Shown: piece by piece, positions 40,201-54,627 of the stretch
Layout: each line of letters opens with the position of its first letter
Position numbering within the stretch: position 1 is the stretch's first letter
Assembly (NCBI RefSeq): GCF_009914755.1
Contig: NC_060938.1
Length of the DNA: 64,000 nucleotides
Strand: one strand, 5' to 3'
Origin: the human T2T-CHM13v2.0 reference genome, Homo sapiens
Translations under genes and position numbers: made by a program
Notes under the pieces: model-generated
The model's database searches: none
Seen by the model: only the letters and a program-made list of their open reading frames with translations
Told to the model about the DNA's origin: nothing

Positions 40201-43200
40201 GTAATCCCGTTTCCAACGAAATCCTCCAAGCTATCCAAATATCCACTTGCAGATTCCACAGAAAGACTGTTTCAAAACTGCTCTGTCAATAGAAAGGTTC
40301 AACTCTGTTAGCTGCGTGCATATATCCCAAAGAAGATTCTGAGATTGCTTCTGTCTAGTTTTTATGGGAAGATATTTCCCTTTTCACCGTAGGCGTCAAG
40401 GCGCTCCAAATGTCCACTTCCAGATACTACAAAAAGAGTGTTTCAAACCTACTCTGTGAAAGGGAATATTCAACTCTGTGACTTGAATGCACATATCACA
40501 AGGAAGTTTCTGAGAATGCTTCTGTCGAGATTTTATATGAAGATATTCCCGTTTCCAACGAAATCCTGAAATGTATCCAAATATCCCCTCGCAGATTCTA
40601 CAAAAAGAGTGTTTCAAAACTGCTCTGTGAAAAGAAAGGTTCAACTCTGTTAGTTGAGTACACACATCACAAACAAGTTTCACAGAATGCTTCTTTCTAG
40701 CTTGTAGGGGAAGATATTCCCTTTATCACCATGGGCCTCCAACCGTCCGAAACATCCACTTCCATATACTACAAAAAGAGCGTTTCAAACCTGCTCTATG
40801 AAAGGCAATGTTCAACTCTGTGACTTGAATGCAGACATCACAGAGCAGTTTCTGAGAATGCTTCTGTCTAGATTTTATAGGAAGATATTCCCGTTTCCAA
40901 CGAAATCTTCACAGCTATCCAAATATCCACTTGCAGATTCTACAAAAAGAGTGTATCAAAACTGCTCTGTCAAAAGGAAGGTTCTTTTCTGTTAGGTGAG
41001 TGCATACGTCATAAAGGAGTTTCTGAGAATGTTTCTGTCTAGTGGTTATGGGAAGATATTTGCTTTTTCACCGTAGGCCTCAGAGCGCTCCAAATATCCA
41101 CTTGCACATACTACAAAAAGAGTGCCTCAAAGCTGCTCTCTGAAACGGAATGTTCAACTCTATGAGTTGAATGCAAACATCGCAAAGACGTTTCTGAGAA
41201 TGCTTCTGTCTAGATTTGATATGAAGATATTCCCGTTTCCAACGAAATCTTCAAATCTATCCAAATGTCCACTTGCAGATTCAACAAAAAGTGTTTTTCA
41301 GAACTGCTCTATCAAACGAAAGATCCACCTCTGTTAGCTGAGTTCACACATCACAAACAAGTTTATGAGAATGCTTCTGTCTAGTTTTTATTTGAAGATA
41401 TTTCCTTTCTCACCATAGAGCTGAAAGCTGTCCTAATGTTCACTTCCAGATACTACAGAAAGAGTGTTTCAAAACTGCTGTACGAAAGGGAATGTTCAAC
41501 TCTGTGACTTGAATGCACACATCACAAAGAAGTTTCTGAGGATGCTGCTGTCTACTTTTTATACGTAATCCCGTTTCCAACGAAATCCTCCAAGCTATCC
41601 AAATATCCACTTGCAGATTCCACAGAAAGACTGTTTCAAAACTGCTCTGTCAATAGAAAGGTTCAACTCCGTTAGCTGCGTGCATATATCCCAAAGAGGA
41701 TTCTGAGATTGCTTCTGTCTAGTTTTTATGGGAAGATATTTCCCTTTTCACCGTAGGCATCAAGGCGCTCCAAATGTCCACTTCCAGATACTACAAAAAG
41801 AGTGTTTCAAACCTACTCTGTGAAAGGGAATATTCAACTCTGTGACTTGAATGCACATATCACAAGGAAGTTTCTGAGAATGCTTCTGTCGAGATTTTAT
41901 ATGAAGATATTCCCGTTTCCAACGAAATCCTGAAATCTATCCAAATATCCCCTCGCAGATTCTACAAAAAGAGTGTTTCAAAACTGCTCTGTGAAAAGAA
42001 AGGTTCAACTCTGTTAGTTGAGTACACACATCACAAACAAGTTTCACAGAATGCTTCTTTCTAGCTTGTAGGGGAAGATATTCCCTTTATCACCATGGGC
42101 CTCCAACGGTCCGAAACATCCACTTCCATATACTACAAAAAGAGCGTTTCAAACCTGCTCTATGAAAGGCAATGTTCAACTCTGTGACTTGAATGCAGAC
42201 ATCACAGAGCAGTTTCTGAGAATGCTTCTGTCTAGATTTTATAGGAAGATATTCCCGTTTCCAACGAAATCTTCACAGCTATCCAAATATCCACTTGCAG
42301 ATTCTACAAAAAGAGTGTATCAAAACTGCTCTGTCAAAAGGAAGGTTCTTTTCTGTTAGGTGAGTGCATACGTCATAAAGGAGTTTCTGAGAATGTTTCT
42401 GTCTAGTGGTTATGGGAAGATATTTGCTTTTTCACCGTAGGCCTCAGAGCGCTCCAAATATCCACTTGCACATACTACAAAAAGAGTGCCTCAAAGCTGC
42501 TCTCTGAAACGGAATGTTCAACTCTATGAGTTGAATGCAAACATCGCAAAGACGTTTCTGAGAATGCTTCTGTCTAGATTTGATATGAAGATATTCCCGT
42601 TTCCAACGAAATCTTCAAATCTATCCAAATGTCCACTTGCAGATTCAACAAAAAGTGTTTTTCAGAACTGCTCTATCAAAAGAAAGATCCACCTCTGTTA
42701 GCTGAGTTCACACATCACAAACAAGTTTATGAGAATGCTTCTGTCTAGTTTTTATTTGAAGATATTTCCTTTCTCACCATAGAGCTGAAAGCTGTCCTAA
42801 TGTTCACTTCCAGATACTACAGAAAGAGTGCTTCAAAACTGCTGTACGAAAGGGAAGGTTCAACTCTGTGACTTGAATGCACACATCACAAAGAAGTTTC
42901 TGAGGATGCTGCTGTCTACTTTTTATACGTAATCCCGTTTCCAACGAAATCCTCCAAGCTATCCAAATATCCACTTGCAGATTCCACAGAAAGACTGTTT
43001 CAAAACGGCTCTGTCAATAGAAAGGTTCAACTCTGTTAGCTGCGTGCATATATCCCAAAGAAGATTCTGAGATTGCTTCTGTCTAGTTTTTATGGGAAGA
43101 TATTTCCCTTTTCACCGTAGGTGTCAAGGCGCTCCAAATGTCCACTTCCAGATACTACAAAAAGAGTGTTTCAAACCTACTCTGTGAAAGGGAATATTCA

Positions 43201-46200
43201 ACTCTGTGACTTGAATGCACATATCACAAGGAAGTTTCTGAGAATGCTTCTGTCGAGATTTTATATGAAGATATTCCCGTTTCCAACGAAATGCTGAAAT
43301 GTATCCAAATATCCCCTCGCAGATTCTACAAAAAGAGTGTTTCAAAACTGCTCTGTAAAAAGAAAGGTTCAACTCTGTTAGTTGAGTACACACATCACAA
43401 ACAAGTTTCACAGAATGCTTCTTTCTAGCTTGTAGGGGAAGATATTCCCTTTATCACCATGGGCCTCCAACCGTCCGAAACATCCACTTCCATATACTAC
43501 AAAAAGAGCGTTTCAAACCTGCTCTATGAAAGGCAATGTTCAACTCTGTGACTTGAATGCAGACATCACAGAGCAGTTTCTGAGAATGCTTCTGTCTAGA
43601 TTTTATAGGAAGATATTCCAGTTTCCAACGAAATCTTCACAGCTATCCAAATATCCACTTGCAGATTCTACAAAAAGAGTGTATCAAAACTGCTCTGTCA
43701 AAAGGAAGGTTCTTCTCTGTTAGGTGAGTGCATACGTCATAAAGGAGTTTCTGAGAATGTTTCTGTCTAGTGGTTATCGGAAGATATTTGCTTTTTCACC
43801 GTAGGCCTCAGAGCGCTCCAAATATCCACTTGCACATACTACAAAAAGAGTGCTTCAAATCTGGTCTCTGAAACGGAATGTTCAACTCTATGAGTTGAAT
43901 GCAAACATCACAAAGACGTTTCTGAGAATGCTTCTGTCTAGATTTGATATGAAGATATTCCCGTTTCCAACGAAATCTTCAAATCTATCCAAATGTCCAC
44001 TTGCAGATTCAACAAAAAGTGTTTTTCAGAACTGCTCTATCAAAAGAAAGATCCACCTCTGTTAGCTGAGTTCACACATCACAAACAAGTTTATGAGAAT
44101 GCTTCTGTCTAGTTTTTATTTGAAGATATTTCCTTTCTCACCATAGAGCTGAAAGCTGTCCTAATGTTCACTTCCAGATACTACAGAAAGAGTGTTTCAA
44201 AACTGCTGTACGAAAGGGAATGTTCAACTCTGTGACTTGAATGCACACATCACAAAGAAGTTTCTGAGGATGCTGCTGTCTACTTTTTATACGTAATCCC
44301 GTTTCCAACGAAATCCTCCAAGCTATCCAAATATCCACTTGCAGATTCCACAGAAAGACTGTTTCAAAACTGCTCTGTCAATAGAAAGGTTCAACTCTGT
44401 TAGCTGCGTGCATATATCCCAAAGAAGATTCTGAGATTGCTTCTGTCTAGTTTTTATGGGAAGATATTTCCCTTTTCACCGTAGGTGTCAAGGCGCTCCA
44501 AATGTCCACTTCCAGATACTACAAAAAGAGTGTTTCAAACCTACTCTGTGAAAGGGAATATTCAACTCTGTGACGTGAATGCACATATCACAAAGAAGTT
44601 TCTGAGAATGCTTCTGTCGAGATTTTATATGAAGATATTCCCGTTTCCAACGAAATCCTGAAATCTATCCAAATATCCCCTCGCAGATTCTACAAAAAGA
44701 GTGTTTCAAAACTGCTCTGTGAAAAGAAAGGTTCAACTCTGTTAGTTGAGTACACACATCACAAACAAGTTTCACAGAATGCTTCTTTCTAGCTTGTAGG
44801 GGAAGATATTCCCTTTATCACCATGGGCCTCCAACCGTCCGAAACATCCACTTCCATATACTACAAAAAGAGCGTTTCAAACCTGCTCTATGAAAGGCAA
44901 TGTTCAACTCTGTGACTTGAATGCAGACATCACAGAGCAGTTTCTGAGAATGCTTCTGTCTAGATTTTATAGGAAGATATTCCCGTTTCCAACGAAATCT
45001 TCACAGCTATCCAAATATCCACTTGCAGATTCTACAAAAAGAGTGTATCAAAACTGCTCTGTCAAAAGGAAGGTTCTTCTCTGTTAGGTGAGTGCATACG
45101 TCATAAAGAAGTTTCTGAGAATGTTTCTGTCTAGTGGTTATCGGAAGATATTTGCTTTTTCACCGTAGGCCTCAGAGCGCTCCAAATATCCACTTGCACA
45201 TACTACAAAAAGAGTGCTTCAAATCTGGTCTCTGAAACGGAATGTTCAACTCTATGAGTTGAATGCAAACATCACAAAGACGTTTCTGAGAATGCTTCTG
45301 TCTAGATTTGATATGAAGATATTCCCGTTTCCAACGAAATCTTCAAATCTATCCAAATGTCCACTTGCAGATTCAACAAAAAGTGTTTTTCAGAACTGCT
45401 CTATCAAAAGAAAGATCCACCTCTGTTAGCTGAGTTCACACATCACAAACAAGTTTATGAGAATGCTTCTGTCTAGTTTTTATTTGAAGATATTTCCTTT
45501 CTCACCATAGAGCTGAAAGCTGTCCTAATGTTCACTTCCAGATACTACAGAAAGAGTGTTTCAAAACTGCTGTACGAAAGGGAATGTTCAACTCTGTGAC
45601 TTGAATGCACACATCACAAAGAAGTTTCTGAGGATGCTGCTGTCTACTTTTTATACGTAATCCCGTTTCCAACGAAATCCTCCAAGCTATCCAAATATCC
45701 ACTTGCAAATTCCACAGAAAGACTGTTTCAAAACTGCTCTGTCAATAGAAAGGTTCAACTCTGTTAGCTGCGTGCATATATCCCAAAGAAGATTCTGAGA
45801 TTGCTTCTGTCTAGTTTTTATGGGAAGATATTTCCCTTTTCACCGTAGGCGTCAAGGCGCTCCAAATGTCCACTTCCAGATACTACAAAAAGAGTGTTTC
45901 AAACCTACTCTGTGAAAGGGAATATTCAACTCTGTGACTTGAATGCACATATCACAAAGAAGTTTCTGAGAATGCTTCTGTCGAGATTTTATATGAAGAT
46001 ATTCCCGTTTCCAACGAAATCCTGAAATGTATCCAAATATCCCCTCGCAGATTCTACAAAAAGAGTGTTTCAAAACTGCTCTGTAAAAAGAAAGGTTCAA
46101 CTCTGTTAGTTGAGTACACACATCACAAACAAGTTTCACAGAATGCTTCTTTCTAGCTTGTAGGGGAAGATTCCCCTTTATCACCATGGTCCTCAAACCG

Positions 46201-49200
46201 TCCGAAAAGTCCACTTCCATATACTACAAAAAGAGCGTTTCAAACCTGCTGTATGAAAGGCAATGTTCAACTCTGTGACTTGAATGCAGACATCACAGAG
46301 CAGTTTCTGAGAATGCTTCTGTCTAGATTTTATAGGAAGATATTCCCGTTTCCAACGAAATCTTCACAGCTATCCAAATATCCACTTGCAGATTCTACAA
46401 AAAGAGTGTATCAAAACTGCTCTGTCAAAAGGAAGGTTCTTTTCTGTTAGGTGAGTGCATACGTCATAAAGGAGTTTCTGAGAATGTTTCTGTCTAGTGG
46501 TTATGGGAAGATATTTGCTTTTTCACCGTAGGCCTCAGAGCGCTCCAAATATCCACTTGCACATACTAAAAAAAGAGTGCCTCAAACTGCTCTCTGAAAC
46601 GGAATGTTCAACTCTATGAGTTGAATGCAAACATCGCAAAGACGTTTCTGAGTATGCTTCTGTCTAGATTTGATATGAAGATATTCCCGTTTCCAACGAA
46701 ATCTTCAAATCTATCCAAATGTCCACTTGCAGATTCAACAAAAAGTGTTTTTCAGAACTGCTCTATCAAAAGAAAGATCCACCTCTGTTAGCTGAGTTCA
46801 CACATCACAAACAAGTTTATGAGAATGCTTCTGTCTAGTTTTTATTTGAAGATATTTCCTTTCTCACCATAGAGCTGAAAGCTGTCCTAATGTTCACTTC
46901 CAGATACTACAGAAAGAGTGTTTCAAAACTGCTGTACGAAAGGGAATGTTCAACTCTGTGACTTGAATGCACACATCACAAAGAAGTTTCTGAGGATGCT
47001 GCTGTCTACTTTTTATACGTAATCCCGTTTCCAACGAAATCCTCCAAGCTATCCAAATATCCACTTGCAGATTCCACAGAAAGACTGTTTCAAAACTGGT
47101 CTGTCAATAGAAAGGTTCAACTCTGTTAGCTGCGTGCATATATCCCAAAGAAGATTCTGAGATTGCTTCTGTCTAGTTTTTATGGGAAGATATTTCCCTT
47201 TTCACCGTAGGCGTCAAGGCGCTCCAAATGTCCACTTCCAGATACTACAAAAAGAGTGTTTCAAACCTACTCTGTGAAAGGGAATATTCAACTCTGTGAC
47301 TTGAATGCACATATCACAAAGAAGTTTCTGAGAATGATTCTGTCGAGATTTTATATGAAGATATTCCCGTTTCCAACGAAATCCTGAAATCTATCCAAAT
47401 ATCCCCTCGCAGATTCTACAAAAAGAGTGTTTCAAAACTGCTCTGTGAAAAGAAAGGTTCAACTCTGTTAGTTGAGTACACACATCACAAACAAGTTTCA
47501 CAGAATGCTTCTTTCTAGCTTGTAGGGGAAGATATTCCCTTTATCACCATGGGCCTCCAACCGTCCGAAACATCCACTTCCATATACTACAAAAAGAGCG
47601 TTTCAAACCTGCTCTATGAAAGGCAATGTTCAACTCTGTGACTTGAATGCAGACATCACAGAGCAGTTTCTGAGAATGCTTCTGTCTAGATTTTATAGGA
47701 AGATATTCCCGTTTCCAACGAAATCTTCACAGCTATCCAAATATCCACTTGCAGATTCTACAAAAAGAGTGTATCAAAACTGCTCTGTCAAAAGGAAGGT
47801 TCTTCTCTGTTAGGTGAGTGCATACGTCATAAAGGAGTTTCTGAGAATGTTTCTGTCTAGTGGTTATGGGAAGATATTTGCTTTTTCACCGTAGGCCTCA
47901 GAGCGCTCCAAATATCCACTTGCACATACTACAAAAAGAGTGCTTCAAAGCTGCTCTCTGAAACGGAATGTTCAACTCTATGAGTTGAATGCAAACATCA
48001 CAAAGACGTTTCTGAGAATGCTTCTGTCTAGATTTGATATGGAGATATTCCCGTTTCCAACGAAATCTTCAAATCTATCCAAATGTCCACTTGCAGATTC
48101 AACAAAAAGTGTTTTTCAGAACTGCTCTATCAAAAGAAAGATCCACCTCTGTTAGCTGAGTTCACACATCACAAACAAGTTTATGAGAATGCTTCTGTCT
48201 AGTTTTTATTTGAAGATATTTCCTTTCTCACCATAGAGCTGAAAGCTGTCCTAATGTTCACTTCCAGATACTACAGAAAGAGTGTTTCAAAACTGCTGTA
48301 CGAAAGGGAATGTTCAACTCTGTGACTTGAATGCACACATCACAAAGAAGTTTCTGAGGATGCTGCTGTCTACTTTTTATACGTAATCCCGTTTCCAACG
48401 AAATCCTCCAAGCTATCCAAATATCCACTTGCAGATTCCACAGAAAGACTGTTTCAAAACTGCTCTGTCAATAGAAAGGTTCAACTCTGTTAGCTGCGTG
48501 CATATATCCCAAAGAAGATTCTGAGATTGCTTCTGTCTAGTTTTTATGGGAAGATATTTCCCTTTTCACCGTAGGCGTCAAGGCGCTCCAAATGTCCACT
48601 TCCAGATACTACAAAAAGAGTGTTTCAAACCTACTCTGTGAAAGGGAATATTCAACTCTGTGACTTGAATGCACATATCACAAGGAAGTTTCTGAGAATG
48701 CTTCTGTCGAGATTTTATATGAAGATATTCCCGTTTCCAACGAAATCCTGAAATGTATCCAAATATCCCCTCGCAGATTCTACAAAAAGAGTGTTTCAAA
48801 ACTGCTCTGTGAAAAGAAAGGTTCAACTCTGTTAGTTGAGTACACACATCACAAACAAGTTTCACAGAATGCTTCTTTCTAGCTTGTAGGGGAAGATATT
48901 CCCTTTATCACCATGGGCCTCCAACCGTCCGAAACATCCACTTCCATATACTACAAAAAGAGCGTTTCAAACCTGCTCTATGAAAGGCAATGTTCAACTC
49001 TGTGACTTGAATGCAGACATCACAGAGCAGTTTCTGAGAATGCTTCTGTCTAGATTTTATAGGAAGATATTCCCGTTTCCAACGAAATCTTCACAGCTAT
49101 CCAAATATCCACTTGCAGATTCTACAAAAAGAGTGTATCAAAACTGCTCTGTCAAAAGGAAGGTTCTTTTCTGTTAGGTGAGTGCATACGTCATAAAGGA

Positions 49201-52200
49201 GTTTCTGAGAATGTTTCTGTCTAGTGGTTATGGGAAGATATTTGCTTTTTCACCGTAGGCCTCAGAGCGCTCCAAATATCCACTTGCACATACTACAAAA
49301 AGAGTGCCTCAAAGCTGCTCTCTGAAACGGAATGTTCAACTCTATGAGTTGAATGCAAACATCGCAAAGACGTTTCTGAGAATGCTTCTGTCTAGATTTG
49401 ATATGAAGATATTCCCGTTTCCAACGAAATCTTCAAATCTATCCAAATGTCCACTTGCAGATTCAACAAAAAGTGTTTTTCAGAACTGCTCTATCAAAAG
49501 AAAGATCCACCTCTGTTAGCTGAGTTCACACATCACAAACAAGTTTATGAGAATGCTTCTGTCTAGTTTTTATTTGAAGATATTTCCTTTCTCACCATAG
49601 AGCTGAAAGCTGTCCTAATGTTCACTTCCAGATACTACAGAAAGAGTGTTTCAAAACTGCTGTACGAAAGGGAATGTTCAACTCTGTGACTTGAATGCAC
49701 ACATCACAAAGAAGTTTCTGAGGATGCTGCTGTCTACTTTTTATACGTAATCCCGTTTCCAACGAAATCCTCCAAGCTATCCAAATATCCACTTGCAGAT
49801 TCCACAGAAAGACTGTTTCAAAACTGCTCTGTCAATAGAAAGGTTCAACTCCGTTAGCTGCGTGCATATATCCCAAAGAGGATTCTGAGATTGCTTCTGT
49901 CTAGTTTTTATGGGAAGATATTTCCCTTTTCACCGTAGGCATCAAGGCGCTCCAAATGTCCACTTCCAGATACTACAAAAAGAGTGTTTCAAACCTACTC
50001 TGTGAAAGGGAATATTCAACTCTGTGACTTGAATGCACATATCACAAGGAAGTTTCTGAGAATGCTTCTGTCGAGATTTTATATGAAGATATTCCCGTTT
50101 CCAACGAAATCCTGAAATCTATCCAAATATCCCCTCGCAGATTCTACAAAAAGAGTGTTTCAAAACTGCTCTGTGAAAAGAAAGGTTCAACTCTGTTAGT
50201 TGAGTACACACATCACAAACAAGTTTCACAGAATGCTTCTTTCTAGCTTGTAGGGGAAGATATTCCCTTTATCACCATGGGCCTCCAACGGTCCGAAACA
50301 TCCACTTCCATATACTACAAAAAGAGCGTTTCAAACCTGCTCTATGAAAGGCAATGTTCAACTCTGTGACTTGAATGCAGACATCACAGAGCAGTTTCTG
50401 AGAATGCTTCTGTCTAGATTTTATAGGAAGATATTCCCGTTTCCAACGAAATCTTCACAGCTATCCAAATATCCACTTGCAGATTCTACAAAAAGAGTGT
50501 ATCAAAACTGCTCTGTCAAAAGGAAGGTTCTTTTCTGTTAGGTGAGTGCATACGTCATAAAGGAGTTTCTGAGAATGTTTCTGTCTAGTGGTTATGGGAA
50601 GATATTTGCTTTTTCACCGTAGGCCTCAGAGCGCTCCAAATATCCACTTGCACATACTACAAAAAGAGTGCCTCAAAGCTGCTCTCTGAAACGGAATGTT
50701 CAACTCTATGAGTTGAATGCAAACATCGCAAAGACGTTTCTGAGAATGCTTCTGTCTAGATTTGATATGAAGATATTCCCGTTTCCAACGAAATCTTCAA
50801 ATCTATCCAAATGTCCACTTGCAGATTCAACAAAAAGTGTTTTTCAGAACTGCTCTATCAAAAGAAAGATCCACCTCTGTTAGCTGAGTTCACACATCAC
50901 AAACAAGTTTATGAGAATGCTTCTGTCTAGTTTTTATTTGAAGATATTTCCTTTCTCACCATAGAGCTGAAAGCTGTCCTAATGTTCACTTCCAGATACT
51001 ACAGAAAGAGTGCTTCAAAACTGCTGTACGAAAGGGAAGGTTCAACTCTGTGACTTGAATGCACACATCACAAAGAAGTTTCTGAGGATGCTGCTGTCTA
51101 CTTTTTATACGTAATCCCGTTTCCAACGAAATCCTCCAAGCTATCCAAATATCCACTTGCAGATTCCACAGAAAGACTGTTTCAAAACGGCTCTGTCAAT
51201 AGAAAGGTTCAACTCTGTTAGCTGCGTGCATATATCCCAAAGAAGATTCTGAGATTGCTTCTGTCTAGTTTTTATGGGAAGATATTTCCCTTTTCACCGT
51301 AGGTGTCAAGGCGCTCCAAATGTCCACTTCCAGATACTACAAAAAGAGTGTTTCAAACCTACTCTGTGAAAGGGAATATTCAACTCTGTGACTTGAATGC
51401 ACATATCACAAGGAAGTTTCTGAGAATGCTTCTGTCGAGATTTTATATGAAGATATTCCCGTTTCCAACGAAATGCTGAAATGTATCCAAATATCCCCTC
51501 GCAGATTCTACAAAAAGAGTGTTTCAAAACTGCTCTGTAAAAAGAAAGGTTCAACTCTGTTAGTTGAGTACACACATCACAAACAAGTTTCACAGAATGC
51601 TTCTTTCTAGCTTGTAGGGGAAGATATTCCCTTTATCACCATGGGCCTCCAACCGTCCGAAACATCCACTTCCATATACTACAAAAAGAGCGTTTCAAAC
51701 CTGCTCTATGAAAGGCAATGTTCAACTCTGTGACTTGAATGCAGACATCACAGAGCAGTTTCTGAGAATGCTTCTGTCTAGATTTTATAGGAAGATATTC
51801 CAGTTTCCAACGAAATCTTCACAGCTATCCAAATATCCACTTGCAGATTCTACAAAAAGAGTGTATCAAAACTGCTCTGTCAAAAGGAAGGTTCTTCTCT
51901 GTTAGGTGAGTGCATACGTCATAAAGGAGTTTCTGAGAATGTTTCTGTCTAGTGGTTATCGGAAGATATTTGCTTTTTCACCGTAGGCCTCAGAGCGCTC
52001 CAAATATCCACTTGCACATACTACAAAAAGAGTGCTTCAAATCTGGTCTCTGAAACGGAATGTTCAACTCTATGAGTTGAATGCAAACATCACAAAGACG
52101 TTTCTGAGAATGCTTCTGTCTAGATTTGATATGAAGATATTCCCGTTTCCAACGAAATCTTCAAATCTATCCAAATGTCCACTTGCAGATTCAACAAAAA

Positions 52201-53663
52201 GTGTTTTTCAGAACTGCTCTATCAAAAGAAAGATCCACCTCTGTTAGCTGAGTTCACACATCACAAACAAGTTTATGAGAATGCTTCTGTCTAGTTTTTA
52301 TTTGAAGATATTTCCTTTCTCACCATAGAGCTGAAAGCTGTCCTAATGTTCACTTCCAGATACTACAGAAAGAGTGTTTCAAAACTGCTGTACGAAAGGG
52401 AATGTTCAACTCTGTGACTTGAATGCACACATCACAAAGAAGTTTCTGAGGATGCTGCTGTCTACTTTTTATACGTAATCCCGTTTCCAACGAAATCCTC
52501 CAAGCTATCCAAATATCCACTTGCAGATTCCACAGAAAGACTGTTTCAAAACTGCTCTGTCAATAGAAAGGTTCAACTCTGTTAGCTGCGTGCATATATC
52601 CCAAAGAAGATTCTGAGATTGCTTCTGTCTAGTTTTTATGGGAAGATATTTCCCTTTTCACCGTAGGTGTCAAGGCGCTCCAAATGTCCACTTCCAGATA
52701 CTACAAAAAGAGTGTTTCAAACCTACTCTGTGAAAGGGAATATTCAACTCTGTGACGTGAATGCACATATCACAAAGAAGTTTCTGAGAATGCTTCTGTC
52801 GAGATTTTATATGAAGATATTCCCGTTTCCAACGAAATCCTGAAATCTATCCAAATATCCCCTCGCAGATTCTACAAAAAGAGTGTTTCAAAACTGCTCT
52901 GTGAAAAGAAAGGTTCAACTCTGTTAGTTGAGTACACACATCACAAACAAGTTTCACAGAATGCTTCTTTCTAGCTTGTAGGGGAAGATATTCCCTTTAT
53001 CACCATGGGCCTCCAACCGTCCGAAACATCCACTTCCATATACTACAAAAAGAGCGTTTCAAACCTGCTCTATGAAAGGCAATGTTCAACTCTGTGACTT
53101 GAATGCAGACATCACAGAGCAGTTTCTGAGAATGCTTCTGTCTAGATTTTATAGGAAGATATTCCCGTTTCCAACGAAATCTTCACAGCTATCCAAATAT
53201 CCACTTGCAGATTCTACAAAAAGAGTGTATCAAAACTGCTCTGTCAAAAGGAAGGTTCTTCTCTGTTAGGTGAGTGCATACGTCATAAAGAAGTTTCTGA
53301 GAATGTTTCTGTCTAGTGGTTATCGGAAGATATTTGCTTTTTCACCGTAGGCCTCAGAGCGCTCCAAATATCCACTTGCACATACTACAAAAAGAGTGCT
53401 TCAAATCTGGTCTCTGAAACGGAATGTTCAACTCTATGAGTTGAATGCAAACATCACAAAGACGTTTCTGAGAATGCTTCTGTCTAGATTTGATATGAAG
53501 ATATTCCCGTTTCCAACGAAATCTTCAAATCTATCCAAATGTCCACTTGCAGATTCAACAAAAAGTGTTTTTCAGAACTGCTCTATCAAAAGAAAGATCC
53601 ACCTCTGTTAGCTGAGTTCACACATCACAAACAAGTTTATGAGAATGCTTCTGTCTAGTTTTT
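37300..53663. repeat. 6-HOR (8182 bp) tandem duplication, two copies
   Basis: A37526/A45708, A41759/A49941, A45109/A53291 and the broken boxes at 43617/51799 are all offset by 8182. The junction lies between 45228 and 45708. Confidence 0.9.
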
Positions 53664-54627
53664 ATTTGAAGATATTTCCTTTCTCACCATAGAGCTGAAA
53701 GCTGTCCTAATGTTCACTTCCAGATACTACAGAAAGAGTGTTTCAAAACTGCTGTACGAAAGGGAATGTTCAACTCTGTGACTTGAATGCACACATCACA
53801 AAGAAGTTTCTGAGGATGCTGCTGTCTACTTTTTATACGTAATCCCGTTTCCAACGAAATCCTCCAAGCTATCCAAATATCCACTTGCAGATTCCACAGA
53901 AAGACTGTTTCAAAACTGCTCTGTCAATAGAAAGGTTCAACTCTGTTAGCTGCGTGCATATATCCCAAAGAAGATTCTGAGATTGCTTCTGTCTAGTTTT
54001 TATGGGAAGATATTTCCCTTTTCACCGTAGGTGTCAAGGCGCTCCAAATGTCCACTTCCAGATACTACAAAAAGAGTGTTTCAAACCTACTCTGTGAAAG
54101 GGAATATTCAACTCTGTGACGTGAATGCACATATCACAAAGAAGTTTCTGAGAATGCTTCTGTCGAGATTTTATATGAAGATATTCCCGTTTCCAACGAA
54201 ATCCTGAAATCTATCCAAATATCCCCTCGCAGATTCTACAAAAAGAGTGTTTCAAAACTGCTCTGTGAAAAGAAAGGTTCAACTCTGTTAGTTGAGTACA
54301 CACATCACAAACAAGTTTCACAGAATGCTTCTTTCTAGCTTGTAGGGGAAGATATTCCCTTTATCACCATGGGCCTCCAACCGTCCGAAACATCCACTTC
54401 CATATACTACAAAAAGAGCGTTTCAAACCTGCTCTATGAAAGGCAATGTTCAACTCTGTGACTTGAATGCAGACATCACAGAGCAGTTTCTGAGAATGCT
54501 TCTGTCTAGATTTTATAGGAAGATATTCCCGTTTCCAACGAAATCTTCACAGCTATCCAAATATCCACTTGCAGATTCTACAAAAAGAGTGTATCAAAAC
54601 TGCTCTGTCAAAAGGAAGGTTCTTCTC
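51900..54627. repeat. 1-HOR (1364 bp) tandem duplication
   Basis: tatcgg (C51960/C53324), aaatctggt and gacgtgaat occur in two adjacent HORs, whereas copy 1 (about 26000-27400) has them once. Confidence 0.8.
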
